In this document: one piece after another, positions 18,686-30,975 of the stretch
Position numbering within the stretch: position 1 is the stretch's first letter
Layout of the letters: every line of letters begins with the position of its first letter
DNA from: Alkalispirochaeta sp.
Lineage (GTDB): Bacteria; Spirochaetota; Spirochaetia; DSM-27196; Alkalispirochaetaceae
DNA: 64,000 nucleotides
Direction: 5' to 3'
NCBI GenBank assembly: GCA_965601925.1
Contig: OZ271854.1
Location: forward strand, 4,384,001 to 4,448,000
Position numbers and translations under genes: made by a program
The notes under the pieces: model-generated
Database searches by the model: none
The model's input: the letters and a program-made list of their open reading frames with translations, nothing else
Told to the model about the DNA's origin: nothing

Positions 18686-19813
18686 ATGGCTGATTATGGT
18701 AAACGGATTCGCGAGCTGACGATCGTTCGTTCTCAAACGATTCAGGAGTGTAACGATCTTCGTCTGTCGATCGGAGCAAAGGTCGTCGAGCTCAATGAGT
18801 CGGAACGTCCGAGCGGCGTGGAGGAGCTCGTTCGTCGATATCGCGAGGCGACCGAACGGGCCGAGTCGGCGAGCAACGCGATCGAGCGTATGATACAGAT
18901 CGACGATCGCCAATCGGATATCAGAACGAACATGAAAGCGTTCCAGAAGGAGCGCGATGAGCTCAGCAAAGGACTCGACAGCGTGTACGAGCAAATAGGC
19001 GGCGTCGCGTTTCGTCTCTTTCGTGAGCATCCCTTGGTGGACACGAGCTACTCCTCGGCCTTTGAGAATCTTGCTCGATATCAGGACGATATCCGTAGTA
19101 TCGAGGCGCGCCTCGAGCAGCTCAACGTAGCGGACCACGGTTCCTCGCGCTCGGTCCTGGAGCGAATCGGCACGCGGGGACGCAGTATCTTTCTTCGGAA
19201 CCGCCGCACGGTACGGGAGAATCAACTTCCCCGCCTACTCCAAGAGACGGGACGCAAACTCACCGACGGCGACTTTATCGAACAGGTCTCCGATCCGGAG
19301 CTCACTCGCGTCTCCGAGCCGATTCGGGAGGCGGATCGACGGCGCGATGAGATCGACGCGGAGCTCGCACGGCTGAAGGAAGAGTCGGGACGACTCGTTG
19401 AGGAGTTTAACACCCTCACCGAGGGGGAAAAGACGACTCGGGCGAGGGAACACTGGCAAAAGGAGATCGACGAGGCGAAAACGCTCCTCAATAGCACACT
19501 TCTCAGTCTCGGGCGCGCCGCGGAGCACGATCCGACCGAGGCCCTTTCGCAGGAACTCGATACCCTCGCAACCTCGGAGTCTCGCCGGGCACACTTCGAC
19601 GCCCTCATTGAGCGGCTTCAGGCCGGGTTACGATCCCAGATACTATCGAGTGAACTCAAGGAAAACGAGCGGAGACATGAGGCGACGAGCGCCGAGATAG
19701 ATAGGCTTAAGGCGCGCCTCGCAGCTCTTAAGGACGAGGCCAAAAAAAAGAGCGCCGAACAACAACACCTCATCGAGGTGCGGGGCGACGAGTCGGAGCT
19801 CTTCGACGACTGA
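18686..19813 (+). CDS. Coiled-coil hypothetical protein
   Basis: E/R/L-rich heptad character; AGGAG RBS before ATG 18686. Confidence 0.8.
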   Translation: MADYGKRIRELTIVRSQTIQECNDLRLSIGAKVVELNESERPSGVEELVRRYREATERAESASNAIERMIQIDDRQSDIRTNMKAFQKERDELSKGLDSVYEQIGGVAFRLFREHPLVDTSYSSAFENLARYQDDIRSIEARLEQLNVADHGSSRSVLERIGTRGRSIFLRNRRTVRENQLPRLLQETGRKLTDGDFIEQVSDPELTRVSEPIREADRRRDEIDAELARLKEESGRLVEEFNTLTEGEKTTRAREHWQKEIDEAKTLLNSTLLSLGRAAEHDPTEALSQELDTLATSESRRAHFDALIERLQAGLRSQILSSELKENERRHEATSAEIDRLKARLAALKDEAKKKSAEQQHLIEVRGDESELFDD

Positions 19814-19820
19814 AGACGGC

Positions 19821-21995
19821 GTGGATTTGGGACTGGACGGCGAGCGGCTCCCGCTGGCCGCGCGAATGCGACCGCGCGCGCTCGACGAATTTGTGGGGCA
19901 GGAACATATCCTGGCTCCGGGGAGACTGCTACGTCGCGCGATTGAGGCGGACCAACTGCGCTCAATCATCCTCTCCGGACCGCCGGGAACGGGTAAGACG
20001 ACTCTCGCCCGTGTAATTGCCGAGCACACAGAAAGCCAGTTTCTCTCGGTAAATGCCGTACTCAGCGGCGTCAAAGACCTCAGGGAGGCGATCGAACGCG
20101 CCAAGACCTTCAGGGACTCCCACAATCGACGGACGATTCTCTTTGTCGACGAGGTCCACCGTTGGAACCGGAGCCAACAGGACGCGCTTCTACCGTGGGT
20201 GGAGGAAGGCCTCTTCATTCTTATCGGGGCGACGACCGAGAATCCCTTTTTCGAAGTTAATCGCGCGCTCCTCTCCCGTAGTCGCGTTTTTCTTCTTACA
20301 CCTCTCGGCGAGGAGCACCTTGAGGCGGTCCTTGCCGGCGCCCTCGCCGACCGAGAGCGCGGCTACGGGCGCTACACCGTCACACTCACCGATGATGCGC
20401 GAGAGCATCTCATCCGCACCGCCTCCGGGGACGCCCGGACACTCCTGAACGCGTTAGAGCTCGCCGTGGAGACGAACCACTCCGGCTTTCCGCCCCCTCC
20501 GGGTGAGACGATCGCCGTCGACTTGGCGGTGGCGGAGGAGAGTATCCAACAGCGAGCCGTCTTGTACGACAAGGACGGCGACTACCACTTCGACACCATC
20601 AGCGCGCTCATAAAGTCGGTGCGCGGCTCCGACGCCGACGCCGCGCTCTATTGGTTGGCAAAGATGATAACCGCCGGTGAGGACCCTCGGTATATCCTGC
20701 GTCGGCTGCTCATTCTGGCCGCCGAAGATATCGGTCTCGCCGATCCGCACGCCGTCTCGGTCGTGCTCTCCTGTGCCCAAGCGTTCGACCGCATCGGCAT
20801 GCCCGAGGGACAGTTTCACTTGAGTCAGGCGACGCTGTATCTGGCGAACACCCTCAAGTCGAACAGCACACTCGCCTATTTCGACGCCGTGGAGGCCGTC
20901 AAGCGAGGAATGAACGATGAGGTTCCCGTGCACCTGCGCGACGCACATCGTGACGGCGAGGATCTCGGGCACGGTAAGGGATACCTCTATCCCCATGCAT
21001 ATCGCGACCATTGGGTCGCGCAACAGTATCTTCCCGCCGCTATTCAGGGCCGCACCTTTTACAGCCCCGGTGAGCTCGGATGGGAGGGAATACAGGCCGA
21101 GCGTCTTGAAAACCGTCGACGCATTCAACTCGCGGCGATACGCGAGGAGGAGTCGACCCATTGGTCGGTGGCGCCGAAGCGCGGCGTCGATAGTTGGATA
21201 CACCGCGCCGACGGCGCCATGGTCGACGAGCTTGCTCGGTTGCGCGACGAGCTATTGGGACGTCTCGACGTCAAAGCGACCGACCGCGTTCTCCTCACCG
21301 GGGACGCCGTCCAGTTCCTCGTGTGGGAAAGTCTCCGCCGCGCGCACGGCGGACTTACCGCCGTATGGACCGACGCCGCCGCAGCACAGACGCTCCGCCA
21401 CACGCTGAAGGAGCGTGAGAGCGACGTCGATGCGCCGCAGATATATACGGTCGACTCTGCGGGTCACGTCCCCGAGAACGACGGACCGCTGCACGCGGGT
21501 CCCTTTGAGCGTATCGTATGCAGAGACTACGGGCACGGAGATCCCGGTACGCTGGTGAGTGATCTACTATCGCTATTGACGCCCGACGGACGAATCGTGA
21601 TTTCCGACATCGAACCGCACGGAGGCACGCGCCCCTCCTCCATTCTCTCCCTGTCCGACGACGATCGCGCGACTCTGCGAGACGCCGAGCGCGTCGCGTA
21701 TCCCTCACGCGTCGAGATGTGGTCCTCGCTGGCCGACCGCTACGCGGCGAAGGGCGCTCTCGACGTCTCGGTTGAGACGATACAGACGACGCTTTTCCGT
21801 ACCGTGCGCGGCGGCCACATGGAGCGGTGGCTCGAAGCGTCCGCGCCGGTAGGGAGAGCCTTGGATCGCAACGCCGACCGTTCCGCCGTGGAGCGTATCA
21901 GATCGGCGGCGCGCCAATGGAAGGAGCGCGAAGTTCACTGGCAACGGACGCATCTGGCGATAACTATCACCCGGGGCGATCATCATCCGTCGTGA
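19821..21995 (+). CDS. rarA: Replication-associated recombination protein RarA/MgsA with about 280-aa C-terminal extension
   Basis: [66 protein letters not shown]. Confidence 0.9.
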   Translation: MDLGLDGERLPLAARMRPRALDEFVGQEHILAPGRLLRRAIEADQLRSIILSGPPGTGKTTLARVIAEHTESQFLSVNAVLSGVKDLREAIERAKTFRDSHNRRTILFVDEVHRWNRSQQDALLPWVEEGLFILIGATTENPFFEVNRALLSRSRVFLLTPLGEEHLEAVLAGALADRERGYGRYTVTLTDDAREHLIRTASGDARTLLNALELAVETNHSGFPPPPGETIAVDLAVAEESIQQRAVLYDKDGDYHFDTISALIKSVRGSDADAALYWLAKMITAGEDPRYILRRLLILAAEDIGLADPHAVSVVLSCAQAFDRIGMPEGQFHLSQATLYLANTLKSNSTLAYFDAVEAVKRGMNDEVPVHLRDAHRDGEDLGHGKGYLYPHAYRDHWVAQQYLPAAIQGRTFYSPGELGWEGIQAERLENRRRIQLAAIREEESTHWSVAPKRGVDSWIHRADGAMVDELARLRDELLGRLDVKATDRVLLTGDAVQFLVWESLRRAHGGLTAVWTDAAAAQTLRHTLKERESDVDAPQIYTVDSAGHVPENDGPLHAGPFERIVCRDYGHGDPGTLVSDLLSLLTPDGRIVISDIEPHGGTRPSSILSLSDDDRATLRDAERVAYPSRVEMWSSLADRYAAKGALDVSVETIQTTLFRTVRGGHMERWLEASAPVGRALDRNADRSAVERIRSAARQWKEREVHWQRTHLAITITRGDHHPS

Positions 21996-22202
21996 AGACC
22001 GCGGTAATCGGCGACACGCCGCCCGCATTCCTTCCCTCATAACTAACCGGCGTTCTCGGACGCGGCAGCTGCCTCAAGAGGGCGGGTGGCGGCGGCGGAT
22101 GCGGCTTCTGACCCGGAGGGTCTGCACGAGCATCCGACGCCGCCATCCACCCGCATTCACTGTTACAACACGCGCCCCCGCACAACGCGCGACCCTGCGA
22201 TC

Positions 22203-22231
22203 TTGACAAAAAACTCATTTAGCGGCATAGT
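22203..22231 (+). promoter_or_regulatory. sigma70 promoter of tRNA cluster
   Basis: TTGACA-17bp-CATAGT followed by GC-rich discriminator. Confidence 0.8.
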
Positions 22232-22245
22232 TCGCGGGCACTTGC

Positions 22246-22318
22246 GGTGGATGTAGTTCAATGGTAGAGCACCAGATTGTGGTTCTGGTTGTTGCGGGTT
22301 CAAGTCCCGTCATCCACC
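22246..22318 (+). tRNA. tRNA-His(GTG)
   Basis: Acceptor GTGGATG/CATCCAC with encoded G-1; anticodon arm CCAGA-TTGTGGT-TCTGG; GGTTCAAGTCC T-arm. Confidence 0.95.
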
Positions 22319-22324
22319 CATCGA

Positions 22325-22398
<74 letters not shown>

Positions 22399-22410
22399 CG
22401 AGTAAACAGT

Positions 22411-22483
22411 GGGCCGTTAGCTCAGCTGGTAGAGCAGCAGACTCTTAATCTGCGGGTCGAAGGTTCGATCCCTTCACGGCTCA
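22411..22483 (+). tRNA. tRNA-Lys(CTT)
   Basis: Acceptor GGGCCGT/ACGGCTC; GCAGA-CTCTTAA-TCTGC. Confidence 0.95.
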
Positions 22484-22559
22484 CCTAACGCGTTGTTGGA
22501 CGCGAGTGAGGCACTGTTCCTGCAGTGCTTGACATATTGGTACTCCTGGAGTACTCTAA

Positions 22560-22641
<82 letters not shown>

Positions 22642-22696
22642 CGAGAAGGGTCGAATTGTTTCATAACCGGTTTCGCCACAATCGATCCTGGTTTTC

Positions 22697-22768
22697 GCGA
22701 GAGTAGCTCAGTGGTAGAGCTCCACCTTGCCAAGGTGGATGTCGCGGGTTCGAATCCCGTCTCTCGCT
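22697..22768 (+). tRNA. tRNA-Gly(GCC)
   Basis: Acceptor GCGAGAG/CTCTCGC, U discriminator; CCACC-TTGCCAA-GGTGG. Confidence 0.95.
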
Positions 22769-22845
22769 CTTCTTCTTTGAGGCGATTCGGGTAGTCCCGG
22801 ATCGCCTTTTTTTGACGATCATACTGGTAGTGAAAGGCTGTAACG

Positions 22846-24207
22846 ATGGTACAAGACAAAAAACTTGAAAAGCTCGAGAACTCAGCAGTCAAGTTGACCC
22901 TTACGATTCCCTCCGCTGAGGTGCAGTCGGCGTACGACGACTTGGTCAAGAAATACTCAAAAAGTGCGCAGATCAAAGGATTCCGCAAGGGTAAAGTGCC
23001 CCGCGCAATTCTGGAGCGCAAGTTCGGTGAAGCCTTTCGCGCCGAGACTATGCAGGAGCTTATGGGCAAGGCCTTGGAAGAGGCTCTCGAGAACATCGAT
23101 GAGCGCCCCCTTCCCTACGCGCGCCCCTCTCTCGTTGAGGAGGATCAGGACCTCACTCTGGACACGGAGTCCGACTTTATCTTCAGCGTAACGTACGACG
23201 TCTTTCCGGAAATAACCCTCGGCGAGTACCGCGGTCTGGAGGTCGTCGAACCGAGCGTCAAAATTACCAAAGCCGACGAGGACCGCGACCTCGAAGACAT
23301 GCGCCAGCGCAACGCACTGGTGATCGAGAAAGAGGACGGTGAAGTCGCCGAAGGTAATATCGTGACGATGACCTTTGAGGAGATAGACGAGGCGGACGAG
23401 GCGATCGCCGAAACGCGACGCGAAGACTTCGTCTTTACCGTCGGCGAGGGTCACAACCTCTATCATCTGGATACCGAACTCATCGGTATGAAGAAAGATG
23501 AGACGCGCATCGTCGAAAAAGAATACCCCGAGGACTTTGAGCACGAAGAGCTGGCGGGACGGGAAAAGCGCCTCCGCGTTCTGGTAACGCTCATCAAAGA
23601 GCGCGATCTTCCCGACCTCGACGACGAGTTTGCCCAAGATATTAGCGACGACTTCGAGACGCTCGACGACTTGCGTAAAGATGTTCGCAAGCAGATCGAA
23701 CGAAACGCGGAAGCGCGCATACGTTCACGCAAGATAGACGGCATTATGGAGCAAGTCGTCGCCTCCTCCACCGTCGAGGTGCCGCAGACGATGGTTAACA
23801 CCGAAATCGAATCGCGGTGGCAAAATCTTGCGCAGCAGTATCGCGTCACGAGCGAACAGCTGATGCAACTCCTGTCGATGCAAGGCAAGACACAGGAGGA
23901 GATCTTCGAAGAGTGGCGCCCGGCTGCAATCCAGAGCATCAAGCGCAGCCTCCTCGTACAAAAGATGATCGAAGTCGAGAAGATCGAGGTCACCGAGGAC
24001 GATGCCGAGGAACAGATCAAGAGCGACGCGGAGGAACGCAAAGCCGACGCGGATCAGATCCTCGAGTACTACAAGAAAAATGGGATGCTCGCGTATGTCC
24101 AGCAGGAGATCGCCGAGCGTCGCATGTTCGATGCCGTCATCGAATCGGCTACGATAAAGAAGGGTGATAAGATCGCCTATATGGACTTGCTCAACAAGAA
24201 TGATTAG
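22846..24207 (+). CDS. tig: Trigger factor
   Basis: GFRKGKVP ribosome-binding signature; FKBP-like middle domain; upstream of clpP. Confidence 0.95.
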   Translation: MVQDKKLEKLENSAVKLTLTIPSAEVQSAYDDLVKKYSKSAQIKGFRKGKVPRAILERKFGEAFRAETMQELMGKALEEALENIDERPLPYARPSLVEEDQDLTLDTESDFIFSVTYDVFPEITLGEYRGLEVVEPSVKITKADEDRDLEDMRQRNALVIEKEDGEVAEGNIVTMTFEEIDEADEAIAETRREDFVFTVGEGHNLYHLDTELIGMKKDETRIVEKEYPEDFEHEELAGREKRLRVLVTLIKERDLPDLDDEFAQDISDDFETLDDLRKDVRKQIERNAEARIRSRKIDGIMEQVVASSTVEVPQTMVNTEIESRWQNLAQQYRVTSEQLMQLLSMQGKTQEEIFEEWRPAAIQSIKRSLLVQKMIEVEKIEVTEDDAEEQIKSDAEERKADADQILEYYKKNGMLAYVQQEIAERRMFDAVIESATIKKGDKIAYMDLLNKND

Positions 24208-24217
24208 GTTTGGCGCT

Positions 24218-24815
24218 ATGAACGTGCAGAACAATACCTTAGTGCCGATTGTGGTCGAACAGACCGGAATCGGCGAGCGCTCCTACGACATATTCTCGCG
24301 TCTGTTAAAAGATAGAATCGTCTTCCTCGACGGTCAGATCAACGATGTGACGGCGGATCTCGTAGTTGCCCAGCTTCTCCTCTTGGAGAGCCAGGACCCT
24401 GAAAAAGACATCAATCTCTATATCAACAGTCCGGGTGGATCGGTGACCTCGGGTCTGGCTATCTACGACACGATGCAGCATATCAAGCCGGATGTCTCGA
24501 CGATATGCATCGGGCAGGCCGCATCGATGGCGGCACTTCTTCTCACCGCCGGTGCGGAGGGCAAACGTGTCGTGCTACCGTCCTCCAGAGTGTTGGTTCA
24601 TCAACCGTGGGGCGGCGTACAGGGGCAGGCCACCGATATCGGCATCCAAGCGCGAGAGATCGTACGCCTCAAGAAGATGCTCATCGACTATTTTGCGCTC
24701 CACACCGGCAAAACGACCGAGCAAATCGCCACGGACTTGGAACGAGACTATTTCATGTCTGCTCAGGAGAGTGTAGAATATGGAATAGTCGACGATATCC
24801 TGGTTCGGGGAGCAC

Positions 24816-24835
<20 letters not shown>
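24218..24835 (+). CDS. clpP: ATP-dependent Clp protease proteolytic subunit
   Basis: [37 protein letters not shown]. Confidence 0.97.
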
Positions 24836-26053
<1,218 letters not shown>

Positions 26054-26057
<4 letters not shown>

Positions 26058-28387
26058 GACTCTTTCAACAGAAAGATGAGTCTTTGCACCTTCCGGTTCT
26101 TCCGGTAAAGGGTATCGTACTGTTCCCCGGCATATCTCTCCCCGTTCTCGTCGCCCGCGAGGGCGACAGACGGGTTGTCACCGCGGCGGCGGAGTCGGGT
26201 CGGCGTATCCTGGTCGTAACACAGCGAGGAGATACCGATCCGGCATCACCCGATGCACTCTACCCCGTAGGGACCGTTGCTCGCATTCTGCAGACCGTAA
26301 AGGCACCGGGAGGTGCTGTACGAATCGTGGTCGAAGGTCAGGACCGCGCTGAGTTGGGCGAGCTACACATCGAGAGTGAGGGAATCAGCGCGGACTATCG
26401 GATTATCGAGGCCGACCGCACCGATACGCAAGGAGATCTGCCGCGTCTCGCTCGCGTCGTCCAAGACGCGTTTGCGCAGTATGTCGTCCTGTCGGCACCC
26501 GTCAACCCGGAGGTGCGGCGGAAGATCACTCAGGCCGACGGTGCCGACCGCCTCGTCAACCTCGTGGCGACCCACATTCCTCTCCAGACCGCGCGAAAAA
26601 TTGAACTCCTCTCCATTGCCGGTACGTTGGAACGCACGCGGCTCCTCGCCGAAACGTTAGACGGCGAGGTAGAGTTGTTGTCCCTGAAGAGAACGATTCG
26701 CGATCGCGTTCGTAAACGGATGGAAAAGGGGCAAAAGAGCGTCTTTCTTCAGGAGCAAATCAGGGAGATTAACCGTGAACTCGGGAACGACGAGACTGCG
26801 GACGAAAACGACGATCTTGCAAAGCAGCTAACCGAGACCGTACTTCCCGAAGAGGTGCGCGATCGCGCCGAAAAAGAGTTGGCGCGACTCAAAAAACTGC
26901 CGCCGGTCAACCCCGAATCGGGGATCATCAGGACGTATCTCGACTGGCTCCTCGATCTCCCGTGGAGCCGCGCGACTCCCAAACGCGCCGATTTGGCGCG
27001 TGCCCGCGAAATCCTCGACGAGGATCATCACGCGATGCACAAGCCCAAAGAGCGTCTCTTAGAGTACATGGCGGTTCAGACGCTCAACCCCAATCTGAAA
27101 GGACCGATTCTCTGCTTCGTCGGTCCGCCCGGCACCGGCAAGACGTCCTTGGGTAGGTCGATGGCCAGGGCGTTGGAGCGGGAGTTCGTACGCCTCTCCC
27201 TCGGTGGCGTACGCGACGAGGCGGAGATTCGCGGTCATCGTCGGACCTATGTCGGTGCCATGCCGGGCCGAATCATACAGGCGATACGACGTGCCGGGAC
27301 GCACAATCCGGTTATACTTCTCGACGAAATAGACAAGCTCGGCGCCGACTATCGGGGAGATCCGTCGGCGGCCCTGCTCGAGGTACTCGATCCGGAGCAG
27401 AACTTCACGTTTTCGGACCACTACATAGAGTTACACTTTGATCTGTCCCAGGTCACCTTTCTTACCACCGCAAACTCGCTCTCCGGAGTTCCGCCGGCGC
27501 TCCGCGACCGCTTGGAGGTGATCGAGATTCCAGGCTACACGGAGGGTGAAAAGCACTGCATCGCCGAGGAGTATCTGATTCCCGAAGAGCTCGAAGAAAA
27601 CGGTATGCCCGCCGATACCGTACGTTTCCGACGCGATGCGGTCGACCGACTCATCCGAGACTACACGTCGGAGAGCGGGGTTCGAAATCTTAAGCGGAGT
27701 ATTGCGACGGTAATCCGTAAACTTGCGAAGGAGATGCTGGAAAAGGGCGTATCGCCGGAGACGACTCGACGATCGGTCACCTCACAGACGGTCGGCCGCC
27801 TCCTCGGTCAACCGCGATATCGCCTCATTCCGCACCGGGATGAAATGCTTCCCGGACTTGCCCGCGGAGTCGCCTGGACCGAACACGGCGGCGTCGAACT
27901 TACCGTAGAGGTAGCCGTGTTCGACGGGACGGCAGAGCTTGTACTTACCGGAAGTCTCGGCGAGGTGATGAAAGAGAGTGCGCAGGCGGCACTGAGTCTT
28001 CTCCTTTCGCGCAAGGAACGCTTGGGATTTGAGTTCGACCGAAGCTCGCGGACGATTCACATTCACGTCCCCGCGGGCGCGATTCCTAAGGACGGCCCCT
28101 CCGCGGGCATTACTCTATACGCGGCGCTCCTCTCTCGCCTGACCGACCGTCCCATCAGGGCCGATCTGGCGATGACCGGCGAGCTGACCCTTACCGGACG
28201 CATCCTACCGGTGGGCGGTATTAAGGAGAAGGTGCTGGCGGCGCGCCGCAACGCGATCGACGCGGTAATTCTCCCGGCGGCCAACAAGGGCGATCTCGAT
28301 CTGCTCCCGCGTGATGTACGGCAGTCCATGCGGTTTTTCCCGGTGAGTCACGTAGACGAGGCGGAACCGCTTCTCTTTTCACCGTAA
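26054..28387 (+). CDS. lon: Lon protease
   Basis: [36 protein letters not shown] (Ser), GGIKEK (Lys). Confidence 0.96.
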
Positions 28388-28395
28388 ATAGGTAT

Positions 28396-28558
28396 GTCGG
28401 CGCGGTGAACGCGAGCATGCCGAAGCCTCGTCCCGGTTGCCGCCGCGGATGACCGCGAATACAACAACGTGAAGGCGGGTCGCGCCTCACCCTACCGATC
28501 GCGGTCGCAATGAGACGCACTCGTTCTTCGAGGAACGTTTGTTACCCAACGCGCCGAT
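28396..28558. ncRNA. Candidate structured intergenic RNA (nested long hairpin)
   Basis: Nested pairings 28396-28407/28547-28558, 28451-28458/28499-28506, 28469-28477/28483-28490; side hairpin 28522-28537; family not identified. Confidence 0.3.
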
Positions 28559-28639
28559 TTCGATCGGGGCAGGCATCACACGTACGGATCGCGGCACCTA
28601 CGCTTGTAACGTTGCGACGCGCGTAGTAGTATTTGATAC

Positions 28640-29053
28640 ATGAAGATCAGTCGTCTCCTGATCGCCTTTGCGCTCTTGGGAGTGTTCGCACCCATGATAG
28701 CTTCGCAGGAGCAAAACGGCGAGGATGTGCCAATCCAGGCTGTGACCGTCTACGTCCAGCGTGTATTCCCTCACAGACTCGGTTACGTGGTTATCTACAA
28801 CCGTAGCGACTTGTACCCCGGCGAGGTATATCTACCGAACCGTTGGTTTACCGACGCCGCCGGACGAGGGGAGATTATCCGCACGTTACATCAGAGTGCG
28901 CCGTATATGACGGTCTTTTACATGAACGGCGAGTTCAGCCACGTGCGCTTGTTCGTTCACGATAATCCCGCTCATCGCTCGTGGGGAGCCCTTCCCAGCG
29001 ACGCAGACCTCACCGATGAGTTCGCGGCTGAGACCATCAACATCGTCTACTGA
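28640..29053 (+). CDS. Exported hypothetical protein
   Basis: Signal peptide; TTGTAA-17-TAGTAT-7-ATG. Confidence 0.8.
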   Translation: MKISRLLIAFALLGVFAPMIASQEQNGEDVPIQAVTVYVQRVFPHRLGYVVIYNRSDLYPGEVYLPNRWFTDAAGRGEIIRTLHQSAPYMTVFYMNGEFSHVRLFVHDNPAHRSWGALPSDADLTDEFAAETINIVY

Positions 29054-29075
29054 TCATTCGAGCGATTTCATCACT

Positions 29076-30041
29076 GTGAGTACTCCCATCGAGACGCCGG
29101 AACCATTGATTGATTTTATCCGGCGTTACGATGGTTTTGTGCTCCTGGGCCATCTGGAACCCGACGGCGATTGCGTCGGGAGCGAGCTTGCACTGTCGAG
29201 CGCGTTGCGGCGCCTGGGCAAGACGGTGCAGCTGCTCAATCCCGGCCCGTTCGATCGTCAGGAGATTGCCGGGTTCGAGTCACACTTCGACCTCTATTAT
29301 GATGCGGATGCGCTCCCGGACAACCACGCGGTAATCGTGGTCGACTGTTCGAGCGAGGATCGCATTGAGCGTTTCGCGTCTCAAATTCGCCACCTGGAGA
29401 TGGCGGTTATCGATCACCACCGGACGGGAGAGCCCTTCGGCGATGTGCGGTTTGTGCGACCCGATATACCGGCGACGACGATTATCATTACATACTTGAT
29501 AGAGCAGTTGGGCCTTCGACTCACCACGGACGAAGCTACCTGGCTCTTTTTGGGACTCGTTACCGATACCGGTTTCTTTCGCTTTCTCGATACCGATCAG
29601 TCCGTTGCATTTGAGGCGGCCTCTCGCCTGACCCGTGCCGGCGCCTCCCCCCGGACGATCGACCGCATCATAAACGGCGGGCGCTCTTACGAGAGCCGAC
29701 TCCTCATAGCGCGCGTACTTGACCGTATGGAGCGTCTCGGTGACGGTTCGGTCATTCTAACCCACCAAACGCGCCGCGACGAGCTGGAGCTGGGGACGCG
29801 CCGCGATTCCGATGCGCTGTATCGTCTTCTGTTGGCGATCGAGGGTGTTCGCGTAATCGCCGTTGCAAAGGAGAAAGAGAACGGCTGCACCGTCAGCTTC
29901 CGATCGGTTGACGACACCGACGTGTCGCGCCTTGCGGCGCAGATAGGAGGCGGTGGCCATCAACGCGCCTCGGGGGCCTTCACGTCGCTTCCGTTGGAGA
30001 AGTTTCTCCCCTCCCTGCGCAAACAGCTTTTGACATTGTAA
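29076..30041 (+). CDS. DHH/DHHA1 phosphoesterase (NrnA-like oligoribonuclease/pAp phosphatase)
   Basis: HLEPDGDCVGS, VVDCS, IDHH, GLVTDTGFF, SFRS, GGGGHQRASG; start approximate. Confidence 0.9.
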   Translation: MSTPIETPEPLIDFIRRYDGFVLLGHLEPDGDCVGSELALSSALRRLGKTVQLLNPGPFDRQEIAGFESHFDLYYDADALPDNHAVIVVDCSSEDRIERFASQIRHLEMAVIDHHRTGEPFGDVRFVRPDIPATTIIITYLIEQLGLRLTTDEATWLFLGLVTDTGFFRFLDTDQSVAFEAASRLTRAGASPRTIDRIINGGRSYESRLLIARVLDRMERLGDGSVILTHQTRRDELELGTRRDSDALYRLLLAIEGVRVIAVAKEKENGCTVSFRSVDDTDVSRLAAQIGGGGHQRASGAFTSLPLEKFLPSLRKQLLTL

Positions 30042-30122
30042 CCGAGTGTAACGCCGGGACGCCTCTTTGCCGTACCGTAGCCATGGCATGAGTTTTGCTG
30101 TGGGTACACCGGAGGTTACCGT

Positions 30123-30965
30123 ATGTCAACACTTAGCGTCGCCTTTCGGCAATTTCGACAGAACTCCATGTCCTGGTCCGACTTCTTTACGATTGCGTGC
30201 TCACACGTGGACCGCATCCTTATAAAGAAGTTTCGCTTTGCGACCGATACGCGCTTGGAAGTGATCGCCGACTTCTATCCCAAGTTCACTCGCATGTGCC
30301 GCGACTACACCGAATGCGGCGCCAGCTTCGAGGCGTATCTGTACACATCGCTCTATTTCTTTTGCAAATCGTGGTGCCGGCGTCAATCGGACCGGTGGGA
30401 TCGCGAGTTCCTGGTGTCCGACGACTACGACGATTTTTTCACGATGTCCGAAGATCCGACGGAGCGTCTCGACGGATATCGTGACGACGCTTCGGGGGTA
30501 CTCGCGAACAGTCGGCGGCGTGATACCGTCCGACGACAACTTCTGATATGCCTCTGCAAAAACATCCCAATGTTGAGTCACGACGAGGCGCTACGCTACG
30601 CGGCCACCTACGACATACCGCCCTCGACGGTGTACCACGTCGAGGCGTACGCCCATCGTAAACGGGAACGAGTATCCCGCGACCGCGCCTACTACCGGGA
30701 GTTACGCGACCGCCACTACGCTGCGATGCTCCGCCACGAAGGGGAAGTTAGACGCTCCTCGGCGCGACACGCAAAAGAGGCTGCCGACGGGATGTACGCG
30801 TTTCATCGCCGTCGCTGGAAGCACTACCGCCACAGACTGGCACATCAAACGCTTCACCTCTCGAACCGGGAGGTCGGGACGCTCCTCGGTATTCCCAAGG
30901 GATCCATCGACAGCGCCATGGCCGGACTCGCACGCCGGCTTGCAAGCCTCGTGAGTCAACGCTAA
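30123..30965 (+). CDS. Hypothetical protein, possible sigma70-like/HTH regulator
   Basis: GGAGG RBS; SFEAYLYTSL (region-2-like); C-terminal LSNREVGTLLGIPKGSIDSAM HTH. Confidence 0.6.
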   Translation: MSTLSVAFRQFRQNSMSWSDFFTIACSHVDRILIKKFRFATDTRLEVIADFYPKFTRMCRDYTECGASFEAYLYTSLYFFCKSWCRRQSDRWDREFLVSDDYDDFFTMSEDPTERLDGYRDDASGVLANSRRRDTVRRQLLICLCKNIPMLSHDEALRYAATYDIPPSTVYHVEAYAHRKRERVSRDRAYYRELRDRHYAAMLRHEGEVRRSSARHAKEAADGMYAFHRRRWKHYRHRLAHQTLHLSNREVGTLLGIPKGSIDSAMAGLARRLASLVSQR

Positions 30966-30975
30966 TCTCCGAGGT

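Noticed and set aside
22529..22557. Internal promoter TTGACA-17-TACTCT for tRNA-Leu(TAG)
   Set aside because: The -10 ends 2 nt before the mature tRNA 5' end, so the start site would fall inside the tRNA; not called as a promoter
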